Notes: generated by a model not told the origin, from the sequence alone. Shown: positions 24,801 through 40,329, numbered from the stretch's first letter. The stretch: DNA of 64,000 nt from Ptychomitrium polyphyllum (GCA_973851085.1 OZ316775.1:6262001-6326000); one strand, 5' to 3'. Translations and numbers: made by a program.

Positions 24801-27800
24801 GACTACTTCCTTGGATAAGTCACATCATAATTTGCCAACATGATCATTGAGCCTAACCAATCACCAACTTACCTTCACTAGAATTATGGAACTGTATTAT
24901 GATTTATGTAAAAATGGTGTCCAACATGTTGTTTATGATAAGTTAATTTTAAGAAAGGAAGTAACTTTTTATTTATTTCAAATTTCCTTACTAATAAAAT
25001 TTAACTAGTAATAATATATTACCTAAATCTCACTTCTTTCTTTGCTTCATTTATGTTTAAAGCTAGAACACATATTTCAATATAACAAGGATTCATCCAC
25101 CTTTTGACAATGACCAATCACCTAAAATTTACACTTAAAATTACTCCTTGTAAGAGAAACAAACTTCATGTCTTTGGATGAGAAATTGGTTAAATCTAAC
25201 AAGTAACCAAAGGAATTTTTCACTGCAAACTCCTCTGTTTCATTTTCTCAATGACGTCCATTCTGAGACTGTGCCAAGACTTTCATGAAGTTTTGTCACA
25301 CTCATTGAAAAAATGGCATGTACCAGCATAGGGAACATGACCTGCCTTATCACAATATTCAATAACCTCACAAATATGAGCTGAACACATGTACATAAGT
25401 TAAACAAGATTAATTCATTACATACTACCAGTGCTGAACCTTCAGCCGCAAAGCCACCAGTTATCCAGGATGGATAAACTTAAGACTCTCTGGCATACTG
25501 ATCTCCAAGTTAATCATGATACTGTAGAACGAAATTACAGACCTTACAGACCTTAGTAATCTGGTATCAGACGAGTTTCGGTCTACAACCAGACGTGTAA
25601 TCTGTAATTTACTGAAAATCCAGGTTTTGATCTATAAGTGTGCTGGTAGGTAAGGCAGACCCATTTGCCATACCCACCCGGTGCTATGAGAATGTACCTG
25701 GGAAGTTCTTTATAATATAGAATGCTGAAATACAAGGCTTAAGTACAAGTGGGTTTCAGTTAAGCAATGTTTAGCAGGTGCCGTTCTTTTTCTCTGGAAT
25801 AAATGATGCTTGAATGATACTCAAACATTATGTCAGCCATGGGTGGGTTAAGTCAATAGGTTTTCCTACTTTAAGTATGTCAACTTTGAACCCACCTTAC
25901 TTCCAAGGTTCAAGTTTTTATTTTACAATAAATCATATCAGTGTGATAAAGAGAAAAAAGAATTGTACATTCTAAATGAATAAAGCCATATATTGAGTAC
26001 ATGTCATCATTTTTTTTATAAGAATTATGAAATTTTGCAAACTTTGAAATTATTTATAGCTTTTGTAAATTGTTCATATAGACAAAATTTATTAGATAAA
26101 TATTGTAAAACATTGTACTCTTGTGGACTTCAATCTTTGAATCTTCAAAAATAAAACATTTTCATCATGGATTGAGAAACCTTTGTATGTACAAATTGCA
26201 AAAAATATATTCAAATCTTTTAATTTTAATCATAAGTATGAAACACAATGGCTGAATAATTGAAGCAATTCACCTTCACATTGAAAAAGTAAGAATTTAG
26301 TTACAATTGATGATAATGTATGTAGCATTAGATATATGAAGATATGTGCATAGTTTGGTGCAGTTGCATACAAACTTTGTCAACCTTTAATTAAATTAAA
26401 TTTTAATGATAAAACATTATGTCCTTAGGTGATGGAATTTTTATTTTATTAGGGGGTTTGTTACATTATTAATATCACTAAATATCAATCCACATGCTTT
26501 ATAAATTCAAACAATAAAATTCTAAACAAAACTATCAACAATTTGACATAATCGTCAACCTTTTAGAAAATATTCTAATTATAACAATTGTAGAAAAAGA
26601 TAGATTGTACTACTTGGTCTCCAATTTTATGATCTTTAATTTCTTTTATGTTTTCACAAAAGTTTCTATATGCCTTCCTATTTATTATAAGTCTTTCATC
26701 ATTTCATAACACAAAATGAAATGAATATGATTTTAAAAAAGAATCTTCTTTAAATTTCCATTTAGATTAATGCAGATAATCACAATAAACATCATAGCAG
26801 TATTGGTCACTTTGTATATTTAATATACTTAGGAATGTAACAAACTACATTATCTTGTTGAATGCATGCCAAAACTCCAAATTTGAAACTTCAAAGTTCT
26901 ACAACTTTTATAATTTTATCAATTTTTAAAATTTTCAAAGAACTTTTATATGTGTTTTAAAAATTAATTATCTTAAATATAGATTTTTCCTTGATTATAG
27001 ACATCCTCCCCATACCCATGATATCTTAAACCTAAACGTGAGCTATTCTCAAGATATCCTTTTACCAATTTCCTCCCAACATTGATCCTAACATACATTT
27101 TACTGGCATATTTTTGAATATTATCCATGTAGCAAGATGGAGGGAGTTGTGCCACAGATCTATATGAAATCCTGCAGATGCTCATGGGTCTGAAAGTACA
27201 TGATGACTGCACACTCAAGTGAACAGATTATTTCATGAAATAACTGCTATGGCCACTTGTCATACATAATACAACCTCATTCCATGAAGGTCTCAGAGAG
27301 TGCTGTATAGTAATGTTCTGTTCAGTTGATATCTTACAAAGTGTTATGTAGACTAACTACACCAAAAGCCTTCCTTTACATTTGTTTTTACATTACTTAA
27401 TAAAAAAATTCAATTTTTTGTTTTATGTTATAAACAATGGCAACGAGCTTTTGGATAATTTTTATGTAGAATTTTTAAATAATTGAAGCAATTCACCCCT
27501 CATTTAAGAAATTAAAAAAATTATAATTAATAATAGTGAGGGCATATTGTAATGACTGCACAAAGGCATGAGTTGGTTTGGTGACTTGGTACATAAATCT
27601 TCTTAATCATATGTAGATCTAGAGTTTTATAGTGAAATTATACTTTTAAATAATAGAATTATTCATTTGAAAGAGGTTGTTTGGAGGAATCATTTAAGAA
27701 GATTTTGTGTATTGTGCTACAATCATAAATAACTTTCATTATGAAAAAATTATATATCCTTTTGTAAGGAAAAATACTAAATTAATCAACTTGAACAAAA

Positions 27801-30800
27801 AAAATGTTGTTGATGTAGCTACAAGATGTTTTTAAGCAATGGCCTAGTGAAGCATGAGGCTTTAGACTTGTCACCCACTAGTCTAGTATCCATTTGTCAT
27901 GAATACAAATAAATTAATTAGAAGATAAATAAGATATCATTTGAAAGAAGAAATGAAGGATTAATTTGATATCAAGAATGGTTGTAAGATTAAAAACAAG
28001 GAAATGTTATGGATTAGTATTGATAAAGGTTAAGGTGCACTTCATATTGTCTTTTATCTATGCTATAAAACCTATTTTCTAAAAAAACCTTATATAGAAG
28101 GTTTTAGAAGTTTTAACTATTATGATTTTTTAGTAGTTTACAAAACTTTTGTTGTAGGTTCTTAGAATTCAATAAAAGATTCTAAAAATTTACAAAAATC
28201 TCCTAAGACTTTCCTAGACCTAACCCTGGATGATATATGTTTGTTACACCTTCTTTTATATGTTTGTTTTATATGGTTAAAGTCACTTTTCTAATGGTGA
28301 CCATTATAAAGATCAGTAAGATATTATACAAATAGCAGGCTGATGCATATGAAATATTATAGAATAAAATTTGAACATATCCTTAAATCACCATTTTCAG
28401 TATGAAAGTGAAACCTTCTCTAATGACAACATTATCGCCCAAATCCAAACTGCTTTCAAAGTATATCTAATCTGCAGTCACTTAGGAGGTTCCAAATTTA
28501 TTTCATGAATAGTTTAATACCTCAAAAAATGGATTTTTCCCAGTTTGAAATTATTTGCAGTTCAGTTATTTGGATCATCAAAAAGAATTATTCAAAAAAG
28601 CATATTATCCCAAAAACATTCTCATCTCTATTTTAGAGGTAATTAGTGACTAAAGTCCTACCACATATGTGAGCACAGTCGAATTTTTCTTAGGCCTGCA
28701 TTCAAGCCAGAACTCTAGTACCAAAATTGCAACTATCTTTTTAGATTGTTTGGTTCTCAATGTTATTTGGGGGTGCATATTAAATAGAAAGTAGTTCTAC
28801 TGCAAAGAAGTAGAATACAGCCCATGATGCATTGAAGGCGCAAACTTGATCGGCAGTAAGTGAGGCCTTCGTACCTGCCACCCGAAAATACACAAAAGCA
28901 TAAGGAATCCGCTGCAAATGGAAATTCTTCAAGCCAAGACTTGGATTGTCTGCCTTGCAATCGTAACCTCTGTTGAGAGAAGAATAAACCAGGTGTCCTC
29001 TTACCACTCAGAATAAGGAAAAGACAGCCTACCGATAATTTCAATAGAATCAACGTGGAAAGAGCTCAGTCCTTCCCTTGTTTGTTTGTTGCACAAGATT
29101 GTTTGCTTATGACTTGTAGAAAAACAGGTATAGTATGCCGCAATTTGCAAAAGCCAGCTCAGCTACAAATAAGAATTGATCATGAGGCAAAAGGGGCTAG
29201 GGGAAAGGTGCAAAGGTTCTCCAAAATTATGGACAAGTGATGTACGGGAGGTGGAACCAGTGGGCCATATGGGTTTCAACTTTGAGAATCTCTGCAATCA
29301 AGCTATCAGCTGTACAGTAGCGCACCACTCAAAAGCAGATCTAACTTTACGACACGATCACTTAACCCTCGAATCACTTACCTATTTTAAGCAAACCATA
29401 CACAAACCCCTATTTAACCTCGAAATTACTTTTATGTATGACCTTGTTTAGGATCTTGAAGCTCGCAAATGGCAGCATGATTGACGGCTGCTCTATCCAC
29501 TTCCTGCCGGCTGCTCCTCTTGTCCGGTTTTGGGAACCCCCACTATCTTGTCCTACCTAAGTTAGTCTCGCTTGCTTGGGGTCCACTCCACCGAACGAGC
29601 TCCTTCATCTTCTCCCCTCCAGCTTATTTAACTTACTCTCCAGATTTTTGAAACATTTGGGCTTCACTGCAGAAGGACACACCAGAACATCTAGGATCTA
29701 CTCTTAACTTATAGCTAATTGTAGACTGATGAGTTGCTCAGCTCTCACTGACACTAAATAAAATCAGGCTCCCGGAGAATGGCTTCTGTGTTGGCTCAAT
29801 GACGGGTGCCGTCTCCTGCTACCTTTATGCCTTGTAAGAAAACATAATCTAATTGCCTGCCGCTCAGCGAAAGTTATTTCCATCTGTCTGCTCCTCCCAT
29901 GCGCTACTAGATTCTGCCGCTCTGCCATATACGTTAAGTTGTGCTTGAACTGATAATAACTTCTGACCCCAACGCGGAAGAATCTGTTCACACGGTGCCA
30001 GTTATCCAAAAAACAACAGCCTAGCAGCTTCTTCAGGGACGTTGGAACACTTGCCAGGCTAAAACATGAATATGAACGCACAGTGACTTAGTTTAAGGTT
30101 TTCCCTGTGAAAGTAATGATGCTCCACATGGTGAATTGTCTAAATGCATTGTTTCATCTCTGAACAAGAAGGAAATCTGAACAAGGTAAGCTTAAATGGG
30201 ACCCAAAGTGATCCCTTGTACAACACATTAAGCTACTCAGTGTAGGTAATCATAGACTCCAGTTATCTTTCAAATAAAACAAAAACGGCTTTTCAAGGGG
30301 GATAAAAAAAAGTTTCGCTTGCAGGACTTCAGCTCTGAAATTTGCGAATTGATGATTAGTAGGACGAGATTCGTGCTTAGGCAGCGCTAAATAGGTGCAA
30401 ACCTACAGACGAGTGCTACAGCCTACAGTGACCACTTCGAGCAGTTCCATCTCATGATAAGCCTCTACTATCTAACTCTCTCACTGGCTGCATCGACACC
30501 ACCTCTATCGTTGCGATGCTTCCAGTTAGAATCAAGTATCCAATGCTGTGACGCCTGACTTATCACCCCGTTGAGTTATCCATTGATGCTGAAGCCTCTC
30601 TGTGTTTGCTTCATTGTCAAGAACTTGGGAGTTATTATAATCACCCAAAAACAGTTGGTAGGTTTCCATTGGCAGTGCTACAGAAACTTCGCAACGATGG
30701 GTCATTGCAAGGATCTTTATTTGTGAACAAAATTCTTTCAAATTCGCTCATAATCAAACGTGTTAGGGGCGTCTCACCTACCAGTCTCGATATAGTCCTC

Positions 30801-33800
30801 CTCAGGGATTGGTGCCACTGTTTGAAACCATTATATTCACTAGCAATTCTACATCGAAGACAAATTGTAATATGCTACAATAAGAACAATTTTATTATAT
30901 TAATAGAAAGCCGCTATCAGAATTCAGTTAAACCAAAATATGGCATTATAAATATACCAAATCTAACGAATTTCCATGATAGCAAAAAACACCTGTATAT
31001 ATACAATATTTATATCATGTACTATTTCTTACATTTAGAACTCAATGATGAATTTCTTTTCATGTCATTTTAATATTGCTTTCAATCTATTACTACATGA
31101 GGTTTAATTGTTATATCCATGTCTTAAACTCCCATTAGTGAATGTATAATATTTTTTACTCACCATAAGTTAACTATTATTCATAACTACATACACACAC
31201 ACATATATATACCTTCTTTCTATAAAGCATATCATTAGAAAGATTGCAACTTGAAACATTATTAAACCAAATTATTTTTGGTTATGAAAAGTTTTCAAAA
31301 TTATATTTAAACTTTAATACGCACCCTTTATTATTTTGAATTTTCATATCACAATGCAATTTATAAACATGTAGTAATCTCCTGATGATGGTGCAATTGA
31401 TACAATAGAAAGGGAAATTCTTAATTAACTGATATTCAATTAGCATCACAATTCATGCAGCAAGCATATTTGCAAGAAAATCACCTAAAGGTTTTGTTTT
31501 GCCCAGAACACCTCTGGACATTAAACACAAAATATTGCTTTCATGATACAATATCGACACAATATTGGAGGTTCACTACCTGAAAGTAAATTGGACCATG
31601 ATTTATTGTTATATGTACCTTCACGGTGCCTTTTATACTCGTCTGCTCCTTTAAGATGCTGTTAACTGGCTGCAACAACTATACATGCAAAATGTTAACC
31701 CTCGGTGCTGTGACTAAGTGTGATGCTTCAAAGCTCCAACTGTTGTATGTCTAATATGACATGTTTGAAAAATAAGAAAATTGGTGTATAATCAAATTAT
31801 CATATTTTTGATTATATGACATTTAAAGCATTTGGTGTTGTATTATTCAAGTTTTTAAAGTTTGATCAAAATAAGTATAAAATCGTATTGCAATGGCTAT
31901 AAAATTATGAGAATATACATTATGCCTACCAAGGTTTGCAATACTAATCTTGTTAATGGCAATCAACCCTAGTTGCCACACAAGCCTTAGCCGCCACACA
32001 AGTCCTAACCACCCCATAAATCCTAACTGCCATTTTTTAGAAGTTCTCATAAGATTTTCAAATATAAACAAATGAAGCACCATTTTAAAATTTTCAAGCA
32101 TTCATCATTTTAGATGAAATTCATCCATATTAAGTATTAAGTACTTCTATTATGTGACAAATAGAGGGGATCTTAATTGTTGTATTACAATGTGTCATAG
32201 TCATATTATAGGAGGAGTTTAAAACTAGATAAATTGGTTGCTCAAAAATAAGTCTATAATAAAGTGACTTAACAACAAGGTTAGACTATAATTGGTCTAT
32301 AATGACTCTTGGCAAGGAAACAGATTGTTGCCCAAGTATGTGACAAAACATTATACAACCCCTGTCGTTGTACCAGTTTTGAAGTGCCTGAATCTAGATA
32401 AAAAGAATTTAGTGGCCAATGACATTGCAGAAATTGATCCTTCTGCAGCCTTCAATAGACAAAGGGTGTACAGTCTGATCCTTGCTTTTTGGATTCCAAT
32501 ACGTTACCTACACAAGGGGTAAATACTGTCCACACAAGAATCTATTACCCTTATCTCCATACATACTGTATCTCTGTAGATTGTGAGGGAAGACTTACGT
32601 CATGTTTTAGTTTTGTTTATTATTTACAAGATTTGATTTTTGCAATTGAAGTATTTTCTATGTAAGAAAGTTTTAACATTTGAAGTCAGGGCTTTACAAA
32701 CTCAAGATGAGCTAGTGTAACAAGTAAAAGTAAACAGCTATTTGTAAGAGAATTATGGTACTGGGATAAAACCTGTGTCATTCTGTTGAAATTTTAAAAT
32801 TCAGATCATTTGGCTTTATGGAATATTTATACAATAAGTAATAGAAAAATCATGATGTTTTGGAAACTGTAAATATTTTAATTCAAAATCTTCAAATAAA
32901 TAGTAATAAACTTATCTGGCACCACAGTACCAAGCTTGTTAATCTTTGACAGATATACAAGTATTGATGGTATACTGTATGAATTCAAGATAAAAAATTT
33001 CAAATAAACAAAGACCTACTTAAATGCTCTGTATACCAATTTCTCAATGTTCTTTAACCTTTAAAAGTGCAACTTGTAATTAATTCCTATATTATTTGCC
33101 AAAGTGTCTTGTATAAGTTGAGATGATTGAAATTAGTGAATAAAGTTCTCAACTTCATTTTACTTTACAACATATTCGATGAGTTTTAGTAAGAATTAAT
33201 GGATGAAATTATCCAAAGGCTTAAGAAAATATACCTTTAAATTAATTAAATACTACAATAGTACATAACTGGACCTTTTAAAGTTAATGCAATCATTACC
33301 AATAATTAAAAACATAGATAAGTGAAATACAAGTATAACTGACATTCTTTTATATTTACCTTTGAAAGTGTTGTTTTCTATATATTTGATATCTTTGATA
33401 CTCCCTTCAAAAGATATGCTACAAGGTGTTATGTATTTTAAAACTTCTACTCCTTTGTGTGTTAAATTGGATTTATTAGATGTTATTTGCACCTGAACCA
33501 CCGTGAATTAAAAGAGATGCAAATTCATGATATTTTTTCAAGTGCTGCCGCTGATGTGTTAATGCTGTGAGTATTACAATTTTCTACTCCTAGAGGGGAA
33601 CAGCTAGTGCGAGGGTCATGGTGCCTTTCACACTTGCAAGATTAGTCCTTGTTTCAGGAATAGGGGACTATCCGCAAGCTGAGTTGCAGATTTGGCTAAT
33701 TTTGAACATTGGGCCCAAACCCTCCTCATCAATGTACAGTATTCTAAGGACACCGCCAGATGCTTAAAAGTGGATCTATAAACTTGCTGCAATAAGTGCT

Positions 33801-36800
33801 CCATGGGCGCAGCACTGATGAAATGCTAACTTTTGCCATTCACAACTTCTGCCCATGAGCGTGCCAAATAGTTACACCAGTAATGTCTCATTGTTTAAAG
33901 GAAACAAACCAGGCTTCAATCTACTGGAGTTACCAATTATGGAAATGTGAGTTAACGGCACCAACAGTGGTACTTACTGTATTTTGCATTACTGCTGGTC
34001 CAAAGTTACGAGATTTTAAAACTCAGAATATTTTTCATAACCTGAAGTCTTGCATTATAAGTCTCGAATAATGAAGGAAGAAAATACTAAATCCATGCCA
34101 ACCTCTCAAAAAGTTACAAAAAACTATTGTTCAACTCATATTAATGCCTAAGAAAATTGCGATGATATCATTTCTTTTAAAAAAAATATGTATTGATGTG
34201 TAGATTGATTTGGCATCTTTTTGTCTACAATTAGAATTTTATTTTCCCATCCATTCTTATTGAGTAATTGGTTTTGTTGCTTCCTACATTTTGAAATGAT
34301 TTTAATATTCATAAGTATAATATATCATATCTATAGCTACAGATTTCTAATGTATAGAAATCTTTTTTTACACAACTTATGAAGGATTAACCATACCTCA
34401 GGTTTTCCTGAATTTGCAAAGCTTATGCTGTTGCCTACCACATACACTTATCTTCCATGCTGGTCCAAGTTACACTAGCAAAACAACCACTTGGTTTTCT
34501 TTATATTAATTTGATTCATTCAAGAAGAATAAATATGTAACTGAATTTTGAACAAGTGCAACAAACATATTGTAGTTGAAGGGCAGTTTTTGCTAAGAAA
34601 ATTATTAACTAACTTTGAAACAAAATTCTTTGTGTCACATTTATATTGGTTTGAACATCTGGTAAACGTAATAAGTTACTTAAATCCTTCAGTATTGGCA
34701 CAAGGGTGATGGGGCTGCCTTTCAGATGCAGACATTATAAGCATCTGGTTATAGGTCTTAGGGAGCTTCCTTGTGCTATTTCATTCATTCATTTACTACA
34801 TCAGGAATTAGGAAGTGAAAAATGAAAAGAGGGCTAATAGAGGCCAGATGTATTGCTTCTAGATATGGAAGTTGACCAATGTGGTGAAGCTGCTGGTTGG
34901 ACGCACTTTCACTTTTCAGCAACAGCAAATCATTCATCTCTTGGATGTTGATTCTCTTCATTGGCCCCATGAACATTTTACCATGTGGGCACGTCGAGTT
35001 TCATTGGCCTTCCTAAAAAGCTCCAGTGAAATGATTGACAAAGTGCTGCCCAGCACTCAAAGAGGAATAGCACTAGAACTGGTGGTTTAAGCCAAAATGA
35101 TCTAATTGGTCTAGCTAAATTCAACTGCAACTGTTGGCCCTGTATTTGAACCCAAAAAAGCCCCAAATCAATTTTCTGTAATAATAGTCCAGTGGAGCTT
35201 TCTTGGGCTGTGATGAGTGCCCTACTAAACTGACTCACATTAGACCATTGAATTTGCTCTATGAAGATGATGTTGTCACTAAGGAACTTAAATTCAATTC
35301 AATATCTAGTCAATAGGCCCCTGATTGCAAGTTCTGCAGCATCTTAAAGCACAGGTTTTTAATGCCCTTCTTAAAGATTTTGCTTTCTTTTAGGAGTTAC
35401 AGCAAATAAAATATATGTTGTGTTTGTATACTTACAAAAACATCTAACATGGCTACAACATTGCACAGATGTGTAACTACCATTGGTTTCAACACAAACT
35501 TGGGTAGTTCAATATGTAGCAACAAATGTGGGTCTAGCTGCTTATTCATGGTTGCACTGTTTTGAGCTGAAAATGTGATGATATAGAAACCAGAGGAGAG
35601 ACCAAAATTTCTTCATCCATGTGGTGAGTTACATTATGGTGCTTTTGCATAGGGGATTATATCCAATTGTGTGGTTGTCATCAGAGTTATCTGAAAGTTC
35701 AGCCCTTTGTTCAACAAGAGATTAACTCATGGATTCATCTCTTACTTCATGTTCATAATTGGAGCACATATTCCAATATAAAATGGTTTCATCCATCTTA
35801 CCAACTCATCTAAAATGCAAAATTTGAAAGTATTCTTCCAAAACACCATGTTCATATCTTTGGATGAGTGAAAAGGTTGAATACACAAAATACACTCTTT
35901 TATTGATGTAAAATTGTGATTCAGTGTTAGTGTTTTTGAGGGGGCAACTGTGAATTGTGGCAAAAGTGCTCTTGTTCAAGTAGTCATGTAATGCAAAAGA
36001 AAATTATGGTTCATATCTTTATTTGGATTTTCTTTTTAAAAACTATACTCATAGGTTTTAACTAGTGTAATTTTGACATTTATTCTTAGCAAAAAAATCC
36101 AAATTACAATTTTAGCAATTCATCAAAACTATGCCAGTATGAATTCACTGTTGACCTCACATCCATTAACAATACAATACTATTCTAAGTACAACAAAAC
36201 ATTGTTGTATGATACTAGTTGCAAGAGACATTTTAAACCTTTCAGAGTTGATTTCTCATTCTTCATTCTTGAAGTTCTCATTTCATTCAAGAAAATGCCA
36301 TCACTCAGCTTGTCAAACGGCCTCTTGCAATTGTGCTTCACTAATGTGAATTCAAACTATGGTTCCTTTCAAACTAATAGAAGTGCAAATAGAAGTGCAA
36401 GACAATGCTAATAAGCACTTTTTCAATATTAAATATAACAATGTTTTGCAAATATATCATTTCTAAGGCGTCAACATTCATCTTTTTCCTAGAGACCAAT
36501 AAGTTTGATAAAGAATGTTATAATTGCACTATTGGTTCCTATTTATTGTAATAATTATTTTTGCTCGAGATTATTCCACTTTGTAAGGTTCTTCTAGGCT
36601 CAAAAATGTTCCAAATTACAAATTGTGAAGTACGTTGGAAGTACAATAGAGTTTAGTTTCATAGCATGATAATTTTTTATAACCATATTGTAGTAACATT
36701 TCATCATACAAGTTCTAATAACATTATGTACCATCTATTACTGGCATTATGGATGTTGATTATGGCCCTCAAGCAGATAAGCATATTAGAATTTAGAATC

Positions 36801-39800
36801 CAAATTTCTCCATAGATATTGTCTCTTTTATTCCATAAAGCTATATTCTATTACCTTTCCAATGTATTTTGAGGTTTGTGATGTGGAACAATTTTGAGCC
36901 TAAGGAAACTTCTAAAAGTTGAAGAAAATGAATATGGAAAAGAAAATTTAAAAGAAATGGATATCAACTTCATCCAACACTAACCTATCTGATCATCTCA
37001 TGTTGTTAAAAGCAAGGCCTTTGGAATATTAAATAGATAAATGAGGTTTTGGTTGAAGACACTAATGGAAACCAAGGTCAAGATTACCACTGAATCACCA
37101 TTGCACAAGAGCACAAATACCAGAATTCTACCAATTATAAGTAAATCCGAAGCTAGAAGAGTATCAAAGAGCCTGATCAACTTTGGTGATCTTCAGCTCT
37201 GTTTCTACTAATGAGAGAAAGTGGTCATGAATGAGTTTGTGCCAACAATATTTCATATTGCAAGTCTTTTAAGAACTAAAAGATATCTTCTACACGATTT
37301 GGGTGTGATACATTTTGGCTTCAATATATCTCAGTTTTCTTTGTCAAAACAAGTGGCAAAATCATTCCACTGAGATCAACAATTCAGGGGACTTGAGTTT
37401 TTTTTATTGTCTCCTGTTTCTGAAATAATCAAATATTATTCTAGATCAAATATCCTACAACCATAACTTAGGCAAAGTATAGTAGAAATTTGCAAATAGC
37501 AGTGAAAAAATTGGTGCTTCATAAGAAGTTTTGATGACCCAATTTGTAAGCAGGATGCTGTGAAGGCACAGTTGCTGCTTCCACAGCCAATGGCACTCTG
37601 TGTCTTCGTCGTCTAATTTTTAGCTGGACTTTGTATATATCTTCATGCTTGAGTCAATGTGAGTCATCAGCTTGAGTTCCATGACACAATGCAATAACTT
37701 AGTTAGGAAGGAACTTTTCCAAGGCAGTATGGGTTCTAATTACTATACAAAGCAGAGGTCATGATTTGTATGTGAGAGCTCAAGCAACCATTGGAGGATG
37801 CATTGGCTCCATGTGCTTTTGGCCATACCCTGCCTCACATCCAGGAAGCTATGGGTTGAGAATTGGTGCTCCAGGTGTCGAAGCCATGCCCCACCACTCA
37901 GCCATTCTCATAATTAAATCATAAAGCTTTAAAAAATCTCATGCCAACTTCCAATCCGAAGCTTTGCGTGTTAGTAGCTGATACAAGCCACACAAATAAT
38001 CTTCCGCATACTGCCCAGGTGGGACCTTCCATCATTAACTTAGGAATGATCCTCAGCAACCACCACACAAAGGAACCTGAAGCATTCCAGATTCATTCTA
38101 TGATATTTTTGGTGCAATCTAGGTTTTTCCGACTTTGCCCAAGTTGCAGTAATTTTAGGACATTTGGCATGAATGAAGAGAAAACCTAGCTCAGATTGAC
38201 AGTATTATTTTTTAATCAAACCAACTAGAGATTGAAGTTTTGAGTTAAAAGCAAAAATTCAACAAATGCATCTGCTATACTGGATAAGAAGTCTGTATGT
38301 GTTATATTAAATAAAAATGATAATTTTGACCATTTTACATTCGTTTAACACAATGAATATTTTATATTTTCCCAGATGTTCCCAGAAGGTATGAAAACCA
38401 TTGTGTATGACTTTTGATATAATAAGCAAGAAATTTATTTTTCAAGAATTAATACAAATATTTCCCTTGTAACCACACAGAATCCTATAATCTCATAAGA
38501 GTTGATTTTTATTATTTCTAGAGTAAAATTGTGTCACAAATTAAGCATAACATTCTAAAGATTTAGGGTTAAGGGTTTAGGGTAGCCAATTGAAAAGCAT
38601 TGTTTTTTTTTAAAAAAAGATTATTTTCAAAAAATTGTTGGCATCACAGTTTTGATCATTTTAAATGTTCTTTTATCCATGATTGAGAATAAATTTTTAT
38701 TGGTGTTTGTCATATGTTATTGTAATTATCAAAGGATCTAAATTTTAATTGGCACAAACTTTCAACTGGAAAGAAAATCAGTACTACGAACGAGAATTGA
38801 TCAAAACATTTTACAAACACCAAAGTGCTTTTAAGCACAATCAAGACACTATATTGACATACTATCATGGCCCAAGTGGCTCCTAGTCAATTAGAATTTT
38901 CTAATATACAGGGATGAATGTATAAAAATGTACAAAATAAAATAAGTTCAACGAATCTGAGGTAATTGCTTTGGTCTTGGAATTAGCTTTAATTTTCTAG
39001 ATTAATTTTGTATTTGTTTGGTGAACTATAAATAATTTACTGAATCTTACCATATTTGAAAATTTGTTCAAATTTGAAAATAGTAAAAGAATAAAGTCAT
39101 GTTCCACATATAATTTCTCCATTTTCTGTTATGAAAGCTATGAAAAGTAAATAAATAAAAGTTTATATAAAATTTTGATTTTCAGAGTTTAAATTTAATT
39201 CATATATAGCAAAACAAAAGTAATATAATTTGTTTTGTAAATGTTTTTGGAAACTAAAATAGAATTGATTAAACCATCTTGCAAATTGCATAATTAGAGT
39301 AACCATTTAATAAAATAGATACAACTTTTAAATTTTCTCTGTAAATAGAAGCATCTTGGTTATATATATATACATATATATATGAAATTTTTTCCTTTTA
39401 CAAAATCATGAATTTTCAAATTAATTATTTACAAAAGAAGAATGAAGAAAATGTTGATGTTTTTGAAGATCTTCATTTTGGAATAATAAATGTTTTATAA
39501 AAAGCTTTGCCTTTAAATTATGTGTTTTAATCAAACTATCAAAAAGAATAATAGATGCAATATTCTTGCATCATCTTTGAATTCTAATTGTAAAAAGTTG
39601 ATATATACTTGACTTTGTGGACTTTAAATAAAGGGTGATTTTGAAAGTATATTTTAATATGAAAGTCCACATCATGGAATCAAATATTACTAAATTTGTA
39701 GTGTGTAGTTTTAACAATTTTAAAATTACATATAAAAAAAGATAAATGACTTCATCAATTAAAGATTGTCATTGAATGTTTATGCATTCATAACTTTATA

Positions 39801-40329
39801 ATGGTCAAATAAGAGTAGATAATGTATGTATTTGACTATGATATTTTATAGATTTTATAGATATTTTAGAGATTTAAGTTTTTTCTAATGACTTGTGGAA
39901 AATCATAAAATTTCTAAATGAAAATTTAATTTTAATTGAAATTTATTTGATCAAGTTTATACCACCTAAGTTGCTATTGATTTTATTCATATTAAAAAAG
40001 TGTCAATTTTACAACACAGAAAATCTATTGTGATTAATATGACCATAGAATAAAATCAATTCTAATTTTTGGTGGTTCTATTGTTTAGGTGGCCTTTATG
40101 TGTTCCATATATTAAAGATGGAATTTATACATTGAAACTTTTGTAGTCAGTAGTACAAATTTGCTAAAAGATATTCATCATTTTTATAATGTGATGAATC
40201 ATGAAGTCAAAAATTTAAAAACTAAAAAGATAAATGAAAGTATTTTTAGTTGAAAACAAATAAAACAAATGTTGCTATTTTTCAAATGCATTCACAATTG
40301 CAGGTAATTCTTTGTCATGTATATTATAA

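Noticed and set aside
22100..25800. Minus-strand long frames with few stops (e.g. 23278-23487) suggesting a decayed minus-strand gene
   Set aside because: No recognisable motifs. The plus strand of the same islands gives colinear dynein-like peptides, so these are antisense shadows.
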